A DNA stretch of 64,000 bases, taken from contig OZ246404.1 of NCBI GenBank assembly GCA_965230955.1, positions 920,790 to 984,789 on the forward strand, in the 5' to 3' direction. Numbering within the stretch: position 1 is the first letter of the stretch; each line of letters opens with the position of its first letter. The DNA comes from an uncultured Candidatus Saccharibacteria bacterium. Its GTDB lineage: Bacteria > Patescibacteriota > CALEFQ01. The position numbers and the translations under genes are program-made. Below, piece after piece: positions 52,367-61,766 of this stretch. Below the pieces are notes generated by a model, which had not been told where the DNA came from, made no database searches, and saw nothing but the letters and a program-made list of their open reading frames with translations.

Positions 52367-52666
52367 TCAATACAGTTTGCCCTGCTGAATCTCGGCCACC
52401 GTATCTTGCGCCTGATGGACATCGATTCGGAGAGACTGATCAGAACTCGGCAATAAAACAGCTTCTCTCATGGTGGCGCAAGTCTGATTCAAAAAAACAA
52501 ACACGAAATAGGCCCAGATCGCCAATATAATGAGAACAAAAATGGTGATCCAATTTATAGTATGATTACCTTCGACGCCCAGGCTCAAGCAAGAGATTTT
52601 CATCACGGACTGGCGAGCCTCAGCGGTGGGCGGTGCCACCGGTTTTTTATTGGAAGAGTCATTCAT
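52367..52666 (-). CDS. Single-TM hypothetical protein at the end of the pilus operon
   Basis: Start at MNDSS directly after the upstream stop; one TM. Confidence 0.55.
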   Translation of the reverse strand: MNDSSNKKPVAPPTAEARQSVMKISCLSLGVEGNHTINWITIFVLIILAIWAYFVFVFLNQTCATMREAVLLPSSDQSLRIDVHQAQDTVAEIQQGKLY

Positions 52667-52670
52667 AAAT

Positions 52671-53231
52671 TTAATATTTCTCCGGCGCCACACCGATGAG
52701 GATTGTCACCGTAGCATTGACGCCTTCGCGAATCTCGCCGGTAATGGCGGTCATATATTTAATTTCATAATCTAGCTTCTGCTCGAAAACCGGATAGCGT
52801 AATTGCTCCAAATCCCCCAGAAAACCGATAAAATCTTTTTTATCACCGCGCACATTGATCACCGCAGGCACCGTCTGCGCCCTTTGCACCGCCACCATAG
52901 TATTTTGGACATCAATGGTATAGGCCAAATTGTACTTGCGGCCGATTTTTTCAATTTGGTCAATCACGCGGAAAGTCTGAACCTGAGGTAAAAGATAATC
53001 ATAAAGTGCCGCCCGTTCACGCTCGGTCTGCTGATAATTTGTTTCAACCTGCATTAACTCCTGGTTGACCTGCAGAGCCGCCTGATAATCACTCTCGGCC
53101 TTTTCATTTTGGGACAAAGCCCGCTCCACTTGCGGCTGAATCCACCCAAACATAACAAGCGCCGCCGACAATAAAACAACGGCAATAATCGCCAAACGGA
53201 TCAATAATAATTTTTTCAGGCTGGCATACAT
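52671..53231 (-). CDS. PilO-like pilus alignment protein
   Basis: N-terminal TM, coiled coil, V.G....FIGFL..LE.L.Y; follows pilMN. Confidence 0.7.
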   Translation of the reverse strand: MYASLKKLLLIRLAIIAVVLLSAALVMFGWIQPQVERALSQNEKAESDYQAALQVNQELMQVETNYQQTERERAALYDYLLPQVQTFRVIDQIEKIGRKYNLAYTIDVQNTMVAVQRAQTVPAVINVRGDKKDFIGFLGDLEQLRYPVFEQKLDYEIKYMTAITGEIREGVNATVTILIGVAPEKY

Positions 53232-54808
53232 TATTTATTCTTCAGGCTAAAAGTAATTTCAAAATCTATCTTGGTATTCTCGTTGACCGAAAAATTAGAC
53301 AAGGGGTTATTCACATTATTAATTTGCGGCTCGTTTTTCAACTGCTCCTGAAAATTGACAATGTCTTCTCGGCTATTAGCCTGGCCGATCAAACGGCCTT
53401 CGCCTTTTTCGGAAATCGACAGTTTGACAATAACTACTTTGCCGGACGCCATTTTTTCTAAGTTCGCCAATAATTGGCTCCATTGATGTCGGTTTTGCCG
53501 GAGATCAATGTAAGCTCCCAGATAGGTATTGTATTTTTTTATTTCCCGCTCCATCGCCAATTGCCCCTCGGTCTTGGCTGATTGGACCTGAGATAAATCG
53601 GCGTTTATTTTTTTCGTCCGCCAATCCAGATAACCCCACATAACGCCGTAAGATGAAACGAAAATCAGCGCGCAGGCAATCACCCAGCCGGTCAGGACTC
53701 GGATACGCCGCTTTTGCGGATGAGTCACCTCTTCTTCCTGCTTATCTTGTGACACCAGATTCAACTCCCCCAGGACCGGATCAATCCCGAGTCCGCGAAT
53801 AGCCAGACCAATCGCTGTCCCGTAAGATAATTCCTGGCCGGCCAGCAACTGGCGCGAGGATTTATCCAATATTTCCGCCAACTGACCGACAGATACCGGA
53901 AGGGAGGTTTTTCGGCCGAGATATTCCGCTAAACCAGGCAATTGCGCCGCTCCGCCGACCAGTACGATTTTTTCAATATCTTTCGGCTGATCTTCGCGCC
54001 CGAGATAAAAATTTCTAGTCCGCTCGATCTCATTGGCCAGCTGATTCGCTTCGGAAGTCAATATCGTCGAGATTTCTTTTTTCGGCGAATCGGAATTCAA
54101 ACCATACCGGTGCTTCAACTCCCGCGCGTCCGGCGTGGTGACGCCCAAAGCCTGCGCCAGACTGTCCGTCCAGTCATCTCCCCCGCGCTTGAAACTGGAA
54201 GTAAATTGGATTAATCCCTGGCTATAGACGGAAAAAGTCGTATTACGGGCGCTGATATCAACCAGTAACACCCGCTGACCGGAAGATATTTGTCCCGGCA
54301 AGGCTCGCACCAATGCTTTCGATTCCATATCGAAAGCGAGCGCTTTCAGGCCAATTGTTTTGAAAATTTGGTAATAAGTATCCGCCCAGGCCCTGGTAAT
54401 CGCCGCGGCCAAAGCCGGACGCTGACCGGAAACCGTTTGCCCTGCTTCCCAATCCCAATCCATGCGCTCAATATCCTCGGAAACGTGCGAGGCCAGATCC
54501 CATTTGATCATTTCGGCTGTTTTTTCCGGCGGAGCCTGGGGTATTGTCGTCACGTGCAGATATACTTTTGATTCGGGCAAAGAAATTATGGCTAAGCGAG
54601 ATCGAATTGGCTCGGGCTTGGCCTGGCGGAGCAGAGACTGAATAATTTTCTGTAATTGAATCGGATCTCTGATTTCCCCATTGCCAATCACGCCGGACGG
54701 TAAAACAACCTGTCCGGCCGAGGATATGACCAAGCGGCCGCCGCGAATTTTACCGGCTACGGCTTTGATCGACTTCTCTCCGATGTCTAAACCAAAAGCG
54801 GGTAACAT
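53231..54808 (-). CDS. pilM: Type IV pilus PilM-PilN fusion
   Basis: FGLDIG..SIK, LLVDI.A..T, IVLVGGAA.L.GL, AIGLAIRG, then NL, TM and PilN-like domain. Confidence 0.88.
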   Translation of the reverse strand: MLPAFGLDIGEKSIKAVAGKIRGGRLVISSAGQVVLPSGVIGNGEIRDPIQLQKIIQSLLRQAKPEPIRSRLAIISLPESKVYLHVTTIPQAPPEKTAEMIKWDLASHVSEDIERMDWDWEAGQTVSGQRPALAAAITRAWADTYYQIFKTIGLKALAFDMESKALVRALPGQISSGQRVLLVDISARNTTFSVYSQGLIQFTSSFKRGGDDWTDSLAQALGVTTPDARELKHRYGLNSDSPKKEISTILTSEANQLANEIERTRNFYLGREDQPKDIEKIVLVGGAAQLPGLAEYLGRKTSLPVSVGQLAEILDKSSRQLLAGQELSYGTAIGLAIRGLGIDPVLGELNLVSQDKQEEEVTHPQKRRIRVLTGWVIACALIFVSSYGVMWGYLDWRTKKINADLSQVQSAKTEGQLAMEREIKKYNTYLGAYIDLRQNRHQWSQLLANLEKMASGKVVIVKLSISEKGEGRLIGQANSREDIVNFQEQLKNEPQINNVNNPLSNFSVNENTKIDFEITFSLKNK

Positions 54809-54810
54809 AT

Positions 54811-55212
54811 TTATGGTTCGGTTTCAATAATATTGACTAATCCAGTATCGGTATAAAAAAGCGCTTGCAACTGCCTGGTCACCTGCCCCTTAACGCCGGT
54901 CACGACGACCTGCCGATCTTCGCCGGATTCCGTAATGACGATCGTAATCGTCACACCATTTAGGTAATCCATCGGACCGTCGGTATACGGTAAAGAAATT
55001 GCCGGCGGCCAAGCGGGATCTTTTTTAATACGAGTCAGCGTATCGTTTAGCGCGGCTTCACAGGCGGCAAAGACTTGATTACCTTTGGTCCCGTCATCCG
55101 TCATGCGAAATTCACGCAAACTCATGGCCGCAATGGCGATCGCCACAATCAAACCGACCACCGTCAATGCGGTAATGCCGATAATCGCCGCTTGTCCGCG
55201 CTGATTTTTCAT
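54811..55212 (-). CDS. PilX-like minor pilin
   Basis: QRG|QAAII class III signal without E5; F.ACEAA. Confidence 0.75.
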   Translation of the reverse strand: MKNQRGQAAIIGITALTVVGLIVAIAIAAMSLREFRMTDDGTKGNQVFAACEAALNDTLTRIKKDPAWPPAISLPYTDGPMDYLNGVTITIVITESGEDRQVVVTGVKGQVTRQLQALFYTDTGLVNIIETEP

Positions 55213-55755
55213 TTAATGCCTTCTTAAGGTGATAATGGAATCCAATTCGCTACTGGCCGGCGGATCAATATTGACGCTTTCAACCACGATGTTTACCGTG
55301 AAACTGACCGGCCCGGCTACCGGATCCATGACGGAAATATCAAAAGCAGACACGGCCACCATATCGCTGGTCAGCTGCTGGCTCTGGCCGTTACGATGGA
55401 CAAACATGGCTGTCTGTCCTCCCTGCCCCGCCGCCAGATAGAAACGAACATCGCCTTCAAATGTTTGAAAAGTTATTTCGTGCGCTTGATAAGGTGTTCC
55501 GACACTGTTGGCCCAGCGGCCGGTGAATTGCAGACGCTCCATAATCAGCCGGGCATTTTGCTGGGTATCGCGATTACCTTGGGCACTGCGGTTATTTTTC
55601 ATAATATCCAGCGCAAAGGAAGAGACGACCGTCATGGCCACGATCAAAATCGAGATGTAGACCAGTAATTCTACCAAGGTGAAGCCGCGCTGATTAAATT
55701 TAGCCTTTACCACTTTCATCATTTTTTTAGGGGCTACAAGCGCCTTCGTAAGCAA
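55213..55755 (-). CDS. Minor pilin (PilW-like); exact start uncertain
   Basis: QRG|FTLVELLVY prepilin motif. Confidence 0.85.
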   Translation of the reverse strand: MLTKALVAPKKMMKVVKAKFNQRGFTLVELLVYISILIVAMTVVSSFALDIMKNNRSAQGNRDTQQNARLIMERLQFTGRWANSVGTPYQAHEITFQTFEGDVRFYLAAGQGGQTAMFVHRNGQSQQLTSDMVAVSAFDISVMDPVAGPVSFTVNIVVESVNIDPPASSELDSIITLRRH

Positions 55756-58288
55756 TAATAACTTTATTCAATACTGTCGGCTGGACATTGGTCGCACTGA
55801 CCAAGAAAGCTCTGACGGAAATAGTTGTTCCGCCGGCTGAAAAAGTTGCCAGATGATCATTAACCTCGGCTTGGGTACTATAGTTAGTTGCGCCGGCCAA
55901 CGCCCAATCCGATCCGTTCCAATACTGCCAACTGGCGCCGTCATCATTGCTTAATTGATAGTGAACGATTCCGGTGCCGGAGCTGTCGGCGGAAAAAGAA
56001 TACCAATTTGTCAGTCCCGTTATCGTTTTGGCTGTTTTGGGAGTTATGGCCGGACCATCGGTGGCATAACCCTGAATTGAATGGCCGGCATTATCAGTCT
56101 GGCGAAAATCATCAACCGCGTACCAACCCTCTACGGCTTGGGAAGAATTATCGACCGCCCGCAGATAAACCGGCTGGTTCTGATAATCCGCCATATTCAG
56201 TATCACTTCGCTCCAACTCCCGCTATTGGGCGCGTTAACGCGTTGCAATTCTTCGTTGTTGCTGGCTCGAAACAGCGCGACGTAATTATTGCCCTGACCG
56301 TTGGTGGCAAAATTACCGGCGGTGACTTTGACCAGTTCCGGTGTCAAACTGTTGACGTCGGTGACAAACACGATTCGATACTGGAAATAGCGATTATTGG
56401 AAACATTGGATAGAGCTAAAGAAGGAAAAGAAGCCACGGAATTGTATTGTTCGGAATAAAAAGTAGTGCCGGTTCCGTCCGGACCGATAAAAGACTCGCC
56501 CGCGCAAACAGCGTCATCACACGAACGCACTTGATAACGTAAATGCAGAATTCCGCGACGATAATGATCATTGGCTTCGGTCGCGGAAATGGCCCGATTG
56601 AAAACAGCGGCCTCGTCGATTCTGCCCGCCAAAGGATAATTTTTTACTGTCGGATTTACATTTTCTCCCAGTTGCGCCCCGACATTCAACTCGCTGTTCG
56701 TGTTTCGGGCGGTAATGGCTGAACCGTTGGAATTATCCAGCTGGCCGTCGAAATAAATTTTCATACCCGTTCCGTCCCAGGCACCGACCACGTGATACCA
56801 TTGCCCCGCGTTGACCGTCGTATTCGATTGCAAAGTATGGCTGACTCCTCCGCCATCAACCAACTTCAAAGCGACTCGCCCATTGTCCCAAAGCTGCAGC
56901 GAATAACTTTCATCGGATAAATCGGCTTTTGTGCCCTTATGGATAATTCCGCCGAAATTTTTGTAACTATCGAGGTGGATCCAAGCCTCCACCGTGCCGT
57001 CGCTGGTCAAATCCAAACTGCTATCTTGCGCCACGGCCACCCGGTTACTCACGCCGTTGAAATTAAGCGCGGTATTGAATTTTCCCGACAAGCCATAAGC
57101 CGCCCCGGAATTCAGCCCATTGTTGCTCCGTCCCGAACTATCCCAGAGCGTGCCGCTACCTTCATTAAAATGAAACAGAAGCATATTGCCGCTCATGTTG
57201 ACATTACCGCTGGGATAATCGGTTTCCGTTTGAGCGCTGTTTGGCAATTCCTTATCAGTCGGGCGCTGGGAAAGCCAAGCGATAGTTTTCCACGATTTAA
57301 CACTGCCCGCATCTTTAATCGCCGAAGTATAAGTGCCGGTACCATTGACCAAACCTTGAGCCGTCAGTTGCAACCAGTTACTGATATTATTATATTCGGT
57401 ATCGGCATACGTCCCGGTGTTAAATTGAGCTTGGTTATCATCAGTGAAATTTCCTACCGGGAAAGAAGTGGTCATTTGACTCCAGCCCCGATGGCGGAAA
57501 CGCAGTTGCTGTCCGGCCGAAGTAAAGACACTGCTTTGAATACTCCCCAAGAGCGTACTATCAGCCTCGGTACTGGCGACAAAATTTCCTCCGCCGCTAT
57601 TAACTACCTGCCAGGCATTACCCTGAACGGTCCAATTGGTAAAATCACTGGTTTGAAAATCGCCATTCGGAATAGCCGCCGCCGTGCGGTCGATCAACTG
57701 CGCTTGGCCGCCGGTCACTTCTATTTTATCCGCGTCGTAATCATAATCAGAGCCGTAAGTATAGGGCCAGTTGACATAGCAGACTTCCCAATTATCCAAA
57801 TACTCTTCCAGCGTCACCGATTGCGTACTCCCCCGTTCGGACCATTCCACCGCCACCGTCACCAAGCGAGATTCCGGGTCCACGACGGTTTCACTCCCGC
57901 AGACAGCCAGTTCATTGGTACTGACTTGACGGCAAACCGGAGACAGAGAAATGCGCCGGGTAAACACCCCGATCACTTCCCCGCCGGCAGACTCGACCAA
58001 GGACCAGTTGTCACCGCTGGGCTGGAGACGATAAATTCGGCCATCGGTGCTATAGCCGCTGAAGGTTGACCAGCTCTGCTCTTTTAGATTCGTCAGGGCT
58101 TCAATCGCCCCACTCCCGAGTGTGGTCGCTTGCCAGCGGTGCTCGCTCCAGGCGACATAGTGCATCGACTGGATCATAAGTCCGGTGATCCCGGAAACCA
58201 CAATCGTGGCGATAGCCAAAGCAATCAGCAATTCAATTACTGAAAATCCGCGCTGGCGTTTTATTTTTTTTGTCGGACTATATAACAT
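55727..58288 (-). CDS. Large PilV-like pilin fused to LamG (concanavalin-like) and other beta domains
   Basis: QRG|FSVIELL; HFNEGSG..WDSSG, TVEAWI, QWYHVVG.WDG..MKIY.DG, G.IDE..VFNRA. Confidence 0.85.
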   Translation of the reverse strand: MLYSPTKKIKRQRGFSVIELLIALAIATIVVSGITGLMIQSMHYVAWSEHRWQATTLGSGAIEALTNLKEQSWSTFSGYSTDGRIYRLQPSGDNWSLVESAGGEVIGVFTRRISLSPVCRQVSTNELAVCGSETVVDPESRLVTVAVEWSERGSTQSVTLEEYLDNWEVCYVNWPYTYGSDYDYDADKIEVTGGQAQLIDRTAAAIPNGDFQTSDFTNWTVQGNAWQVVNSGGGNFVASTEADSTLLGSIQSSVFTSAGQQLRFRHRGWSQMTTSFPVGNFTDDNQAQFNTGTYADTEYNNISNWLQLTAQGLVNGTGTYTSAIKDAGSVKSWKTIAWLSQRPTDKELPNSAQTETDYPSGNVNMSGNMLLFHFNEGSGTLWDSSGRSNNGLNSGAAYGLSGKFNTALNFNGVSNRVAVAQDSSLDLTSDGTVEAWIHLDSYKNFGGIIHKGTKADLSDESYSLQLWDNGRVALKLVDGGGVSHTLQSNTTVNAGQWYHVVGAWDGTGMKIYFDGQLDNSNGSAITARNTNSELNVGAQLGENVNPTVKNYPLAGRIDEAAVFNRAISATEANDHYRRGILHLRYQVRSCDDAVCAGESFIGPDGTGTTFYSEQYNSVASFPSLALSNVSNNRYFQYRIVFVTDVNSLTPELVKVTAGNFATNGQGNNYVALFRASNNEELQRVNAPNSGSWSEVILNMADYQNQPVYLRAVDNSSQAVEGWYAVDDFRQTDNAGHSIQGYATDGPAITPKTAKTITGLTNWYSFSADSSGTGIVHYQLSNDDGASWQYWNGSDWALAGATNYSTQAEVNDHLATFSAGGTTISVRAFLVSATNVQPTVLNKVIIAYEGACSP

Positions 58289-58722
58289 TATTCCGGTTTA
58301 ATGATTTCGATTTTTAATTCATACCGATTATTGTCGGCCCCGTCATCATCTTTCATTATATCGCGATTTAAGTCGCTCAGTGAGGCTGACACCACGGCGG
58401 TCAGATCATTGAGTCGATCGTATTTAACGTGCGCCGGGACGGCGGGCAAATAATCGGACACTAATTCCGACAGCTGAGTCGGCAATTTACCTTTATCAAA
58501 ACCATAGGCTTCGAGAGCGATCCGAGAATCTTCCACCTCGCGCCGCAATTCAATATCCGTCTGCGTCTGCTGATCGATTTTTTCTTGTTTGACCAAATCG
58601 AAGTCACCTTCTTTTGTGGTATCCCCGGAGAACCATCCGCCGTATTGCCAGCCGTAAAACACCACGCCCACCGCGGCCGCAATAACAAGTACAATGATAA
58701 TTACCAAACCAATCTTATTCAT
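58288..58722 (-). CDS. Single-TM pilus-locus protein
   Basis: N-terminal TM; ALE.Y..DKG.LP..L.ELV..YL..VP, pseudopilin-like. Confidence 0.6.
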   Translation of the reverse strand: MNKIGLVIIIVLVIAAAVGVVFYGWQYGGWFSGDTTKEGDFDLVKQEKIDQQTQTDIELRREVEDSRIALEAYGFDKGKLPTQLSELVSDYLPAVPAHVKYDRLNDLTAVVSASLSDLNRDIMKDDDGADNNRYELKIEIIKPE

Positions 58723-58744
58723 ATATTTTCAGATAACATGGAGT

Positions 58745-58827
58745 CAGGTAACAAGTAACAGGTACCAAGGAACAAATAGGAATAATTTTTTCCTTTTTGT
58801 TACTTGTTACTTGTTACCTGTTACTTG
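58745..58827. repeat. Heptamer inverted-arm element, GTAACAA family
   Basis: caggtaa-caagtaa-caggtac-caaggaa-caaat ... ttgttac-ttgttac-ttgttac-ctgttac-ttg. Confidence 0.85.
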
Positions 58828-58828
58828 T

Positions 58829-61762
58829 TTAAGAACCAAAATAGTACGCCCCCATATCATTCCTTGTACTATCGGGATTATTGTAGAAAGGATCGGGATC
58901 ACCGGCGTGAATACAGGGTGAACCAGCTTGCAGATGAAAATCACTGCCCGGCGCGACAAACAGCGGGTTCTGCGAAATGGAATTTAATCCCTGATAAGTC
59001 GCTCCTTGTCCGGTGTAGTTGGTCGTGTTGCTCCAAACATCGGCGTAATTGTTGTTCAAATTAGCATTGCCGTTGGTCACATTGAAACCAGCCGAATTGT
59101 TGGTGATGATGTTGTTCCGCAATTTTGTTGCCCCGTCAAAACGATCCAGCTGAATACCGATCCCGGCCAACGTGCCGTAAATCGTATTGTTGTAATAATG
59201 AGTACCGGTGTTTCCCCGCTGAGTATAAATCCCGTTGCGCACGTTATTGAACAGATTGTAATAGACTTTGAAATTCTGCGGACGTAGAGCATAGACTCCC
59301 GTGCAAGCCGCTACAGTGCAATTGCTGACCGTATTCCGGTAGAATTGCGTACCGTTGGGCCGATCGAAATAATTGTAATTGGTGTTGTCATGGATCCGGT
59401 TGTCGTGAATCAGCGAATTGGTATCTGTGGTCGTATAAATTGCCCGCTGGTTATTATAAATATCATTTTGGTATACTTCCACACTCACGCTATTGTTCAG
59501 ATAGAGGCCATAGCTGCCGGTATTATTACGAATTATATTGTCATATATTTTTGTCCCGGTATTACCAGCGTCATAAACCGCTTGGGTAGTATTATTTCTG
59601 ATAGTGTTATTCCGAATTATATTACTGTTGTTGGCGCCGGCTTGCAGGTAGATTCCCGTGCCGACCGCATAAATTTCCAAATTTTCATAAATATCATTAC
59701 TGGTATTGTTCTGTGAACGAATACCATTCGTAGCGCTGGTTAATTTCAAACCGGTGATACGGAGATAATTGGTTTGTGTCATCTGAAAACAATTGGTCGT
59801 ACCGTCGATGATGACATTGGTATCGCCCGTCTTGTTCATGAATTCGGTATAGTTTCCCGCCGTCCCAGATTTGGCCGCGCTCAAAGTAACTTGCTCGGCA
59901 TAAGTACCATTGGCGATACAAACATTATCCCCGCCCGACATCGCGGTCACGGCCTCGGCAATCGTTTTAAAAGCAGTCGCCCAACTCAAGCCATTGCCCG
60001 AAACCGGGCGCGACTGATCCACATGCCAATTACAAGACTGAGTCGTGTAACTAAAAGACCAAGTTTGATTGCTCCACCGCCCATAAGAGTGATTATCCAC
60101 CGCTTCCACTTTCCAGTAGTAAGTGCCGGCTGAGGCCAGCGTCCCGGTATAAGTGCTGACACCTAGTCCGCTGACATTCATTTCCGGCGAGCCAAAGGCC
60201 GGATCATTGTCGACCATAATATGATAGGTCACGGTATCGCCGGGATCGGGATCAAGGGTGTCTTCCCAGTCGAAAGCCATCGGCATAGAAGAAATCGAAG
60301 CGCCGCTGGCGGGAGTCAGCAGATTGAAAGCATTCGGCTGGCGATTGGTATAAAAATTCCAATTTTGTTCAATCGCCCAGGTGGAACCGCCGCGAGTGTC
60401 ATCGGCTCGCACCCGCCAGTAGTAAAACTGTCCCGCGGTCAGGGCGGAAGGAATGGTATAAGTGCTAGGGATAAGACCGCCGACTTCTGTCTTGGTGGTA
60501 AATGTCGGATCGGTTGAATACCATAAAGTATAAGTCACGCTGTCGCCCGGATCAGGGTCGGTACTGTCATCCCAGTCCAGCGTCGGAGTCGTCGTGTTGA
60601 TATACTCTCCCGACACCGGAGCAAGCAAATGAAACGCACCGGGAGCGACATTGGCATCAACTGTCAGCGAACGATACGTTCGGCCGCTCGGCTGATCTGT
60701 GCCGTAAGTGATTCCGCCTAGTCCGTCCTCGGCCCGCACGCGCCAATAGTTAGTCGTATAATTAGTCAGGGCTTCTCCCGGCTTCAGCGTATATTCCGAT
60801 AAGCTGATGCCGGTAATGGTAGTCGGCGAAGAAAAAGAGGAATTATCATCATGCTGGAATGTATAGGAAACGGGATTACCGTCGGGATCCGTGGTATCTT
60901 CCCAATCAAATGACGGTGTCAGAGTAATGGTTTCATGATAAGCGTCAGCCGGCGACAAAAGATAAAACGGTTCGGGCGGATCATTGAGAAGCGCGTTGAC
61001 ATACCAATTTTTTTCTTCGCTCCAGCGCTCGCCCGCCGAACCTATGGCTTTCACCTTCCAATAATTTCGACGGCCATTAACCAGTTGTTGCCCGGAGTTC
61101 AGAGTATAAGAAGTCGAATTAATGCCGGTGATTTCGGTATAAGTGCCAAAATTAGGATCGGTCGAATGCCATAAAGTATATGACACGGCATTAGGCGCCG
61201 CGCTCCAGAAAAAAGTCGGAGTCAAGGTATAAGAAGTGCTTTGGTTCGCCGGCGAAGACAAAGAGAAAGCGCCGGGCAGGCCGCTGTCATTTAAGTCATA
61301 TTCACCAATCCGCCCCTCACTGCTGACACTGATTTCTTTTTGCTGGCCGGTACCATCGAGTTCTAAGGTGACGTGCCCGTAATTGGGCGTGAGCCCAGTC
61401 AGTTTATCGAACACCACCTGATCCACGGGCGGCGGAGCAAAACTGATGGCGCTGAAACTAAGAACAGTGGGAACATCAAAGGTTTCCAGCACTGTCCCGC
61501 CGGCGTAGTCATTTCCTTTAAATAAATAGAATTTGTCGGCGCCGGAATTGATCTCGAAGAAAACACCGTATTTTTCTCCGTCTTTGGCCGCGATGGACTG
61601 GCTCTGAGCCAGACGCAGGGTCGAAATGATCTGCTGAGCCGTCACATCCAGCTGGGACGATCGCTGATAAAAGCTATAACTCACGGTCACCACGGCCGAC
61701 AAAATACCGATCACCGCCACGGTGACCAGAAGTTCAATTAAAGTGAATCCGCGTCGAGACAT
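58829..61762 (-). CDS. FimU/GspH-like pilin fused to four FN3-like repeats and a right-handed beta-helix
   Basis: RRG|FTLIELL; 4x P..F.L.SPA...W.D..DPD....Y...YW.V.A.D; Asn-rich I.NN.I.NN repeats; C-terminal DFHLQ.GSPCI.AG...DMGAY. Confidence 0.87.
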   Translation of the reverse strand: MSRRGFTLIELLVTVAVIGILSAVVTVSYSFYQRSSQLDVTAQQIISTLRLAQSQSIAAKDGEKYGVFFEINSGADKFYLFKGNDYAGGTVLETFDVPTVLSFSAISFAPPPVDQVVFDKLTGLTPNYGHVTLELDGTGQQKEISVSSEGRIGEYDLNDSGLPGAFSLSSPANQSTSYTLTPTFFWSAAPNAVSYTLWHSTDPNFGTYTEITGINSTSYTLNSGQQLVNGRRNYWKVKAIGSAGERWSEEKNWYVNALLNDPPEPFYLLSPADAYHETITLTPSFDWEDTTDPDGNPVSYTFQHDDNSSFSSPTTITGISLSEYTLKPGEALTNYTTNYWRVRAEDGLGGITYGTDQPSGRTYRSLTVDANVAPGAFHLLAPVSGEYINTTTPTLDWDDSTDPDPGDSVTYTLWYSTDPTFTTKTEVGGLIPSTYTIPSALTAGQFYYWRVRADDTRGGSTWAIEQNWNFYTNRQPNAFNLLTPASGASISSMPMAFDWEDTLDPDPGDTVTYHIMVDNDPAFGSPEMNVSGLGVSTYTGTLASAGTYYWKVEAVDNHSYGRWSNQTWSFSYTTQSCNWHVDQSRPVSGNGLSWATAFKTIAEAVTAMSGGDNVCIANGTYAEQVTLSAAKSGTAGNYTEFMNKTGDTNVIIDGTTNCFQMTQTNYLRITGLKLTSATNGIRSQNNTSNDIYENLEIYAVGTGIYLQAGANNSNIIRNNTIRNNTTQAVYDAGNTGTKIYDNIIRNNTGSYGLYLNNSVSVEVYQNDIYNNQRAIYTTTDTNSLIHDNRIHDNTNYNYFDRPNGTQFYRNTVSNCTVAACTGVYALRPQNFKVYYNLFNNVRNGIYTQRGNTGTHYYNNTIYGTLAGIGIQLDRFDGATKLRNNIITNNSAGFNVTNGNANLNNNYADVWSNTTNYTGQGATYQGLNSISQNPLFVAPGSDFHLQAGSPCIHAGDPDPFYNNPDSTRNDMGAYYFGS

Positions 61763-61766
61763 TTTT

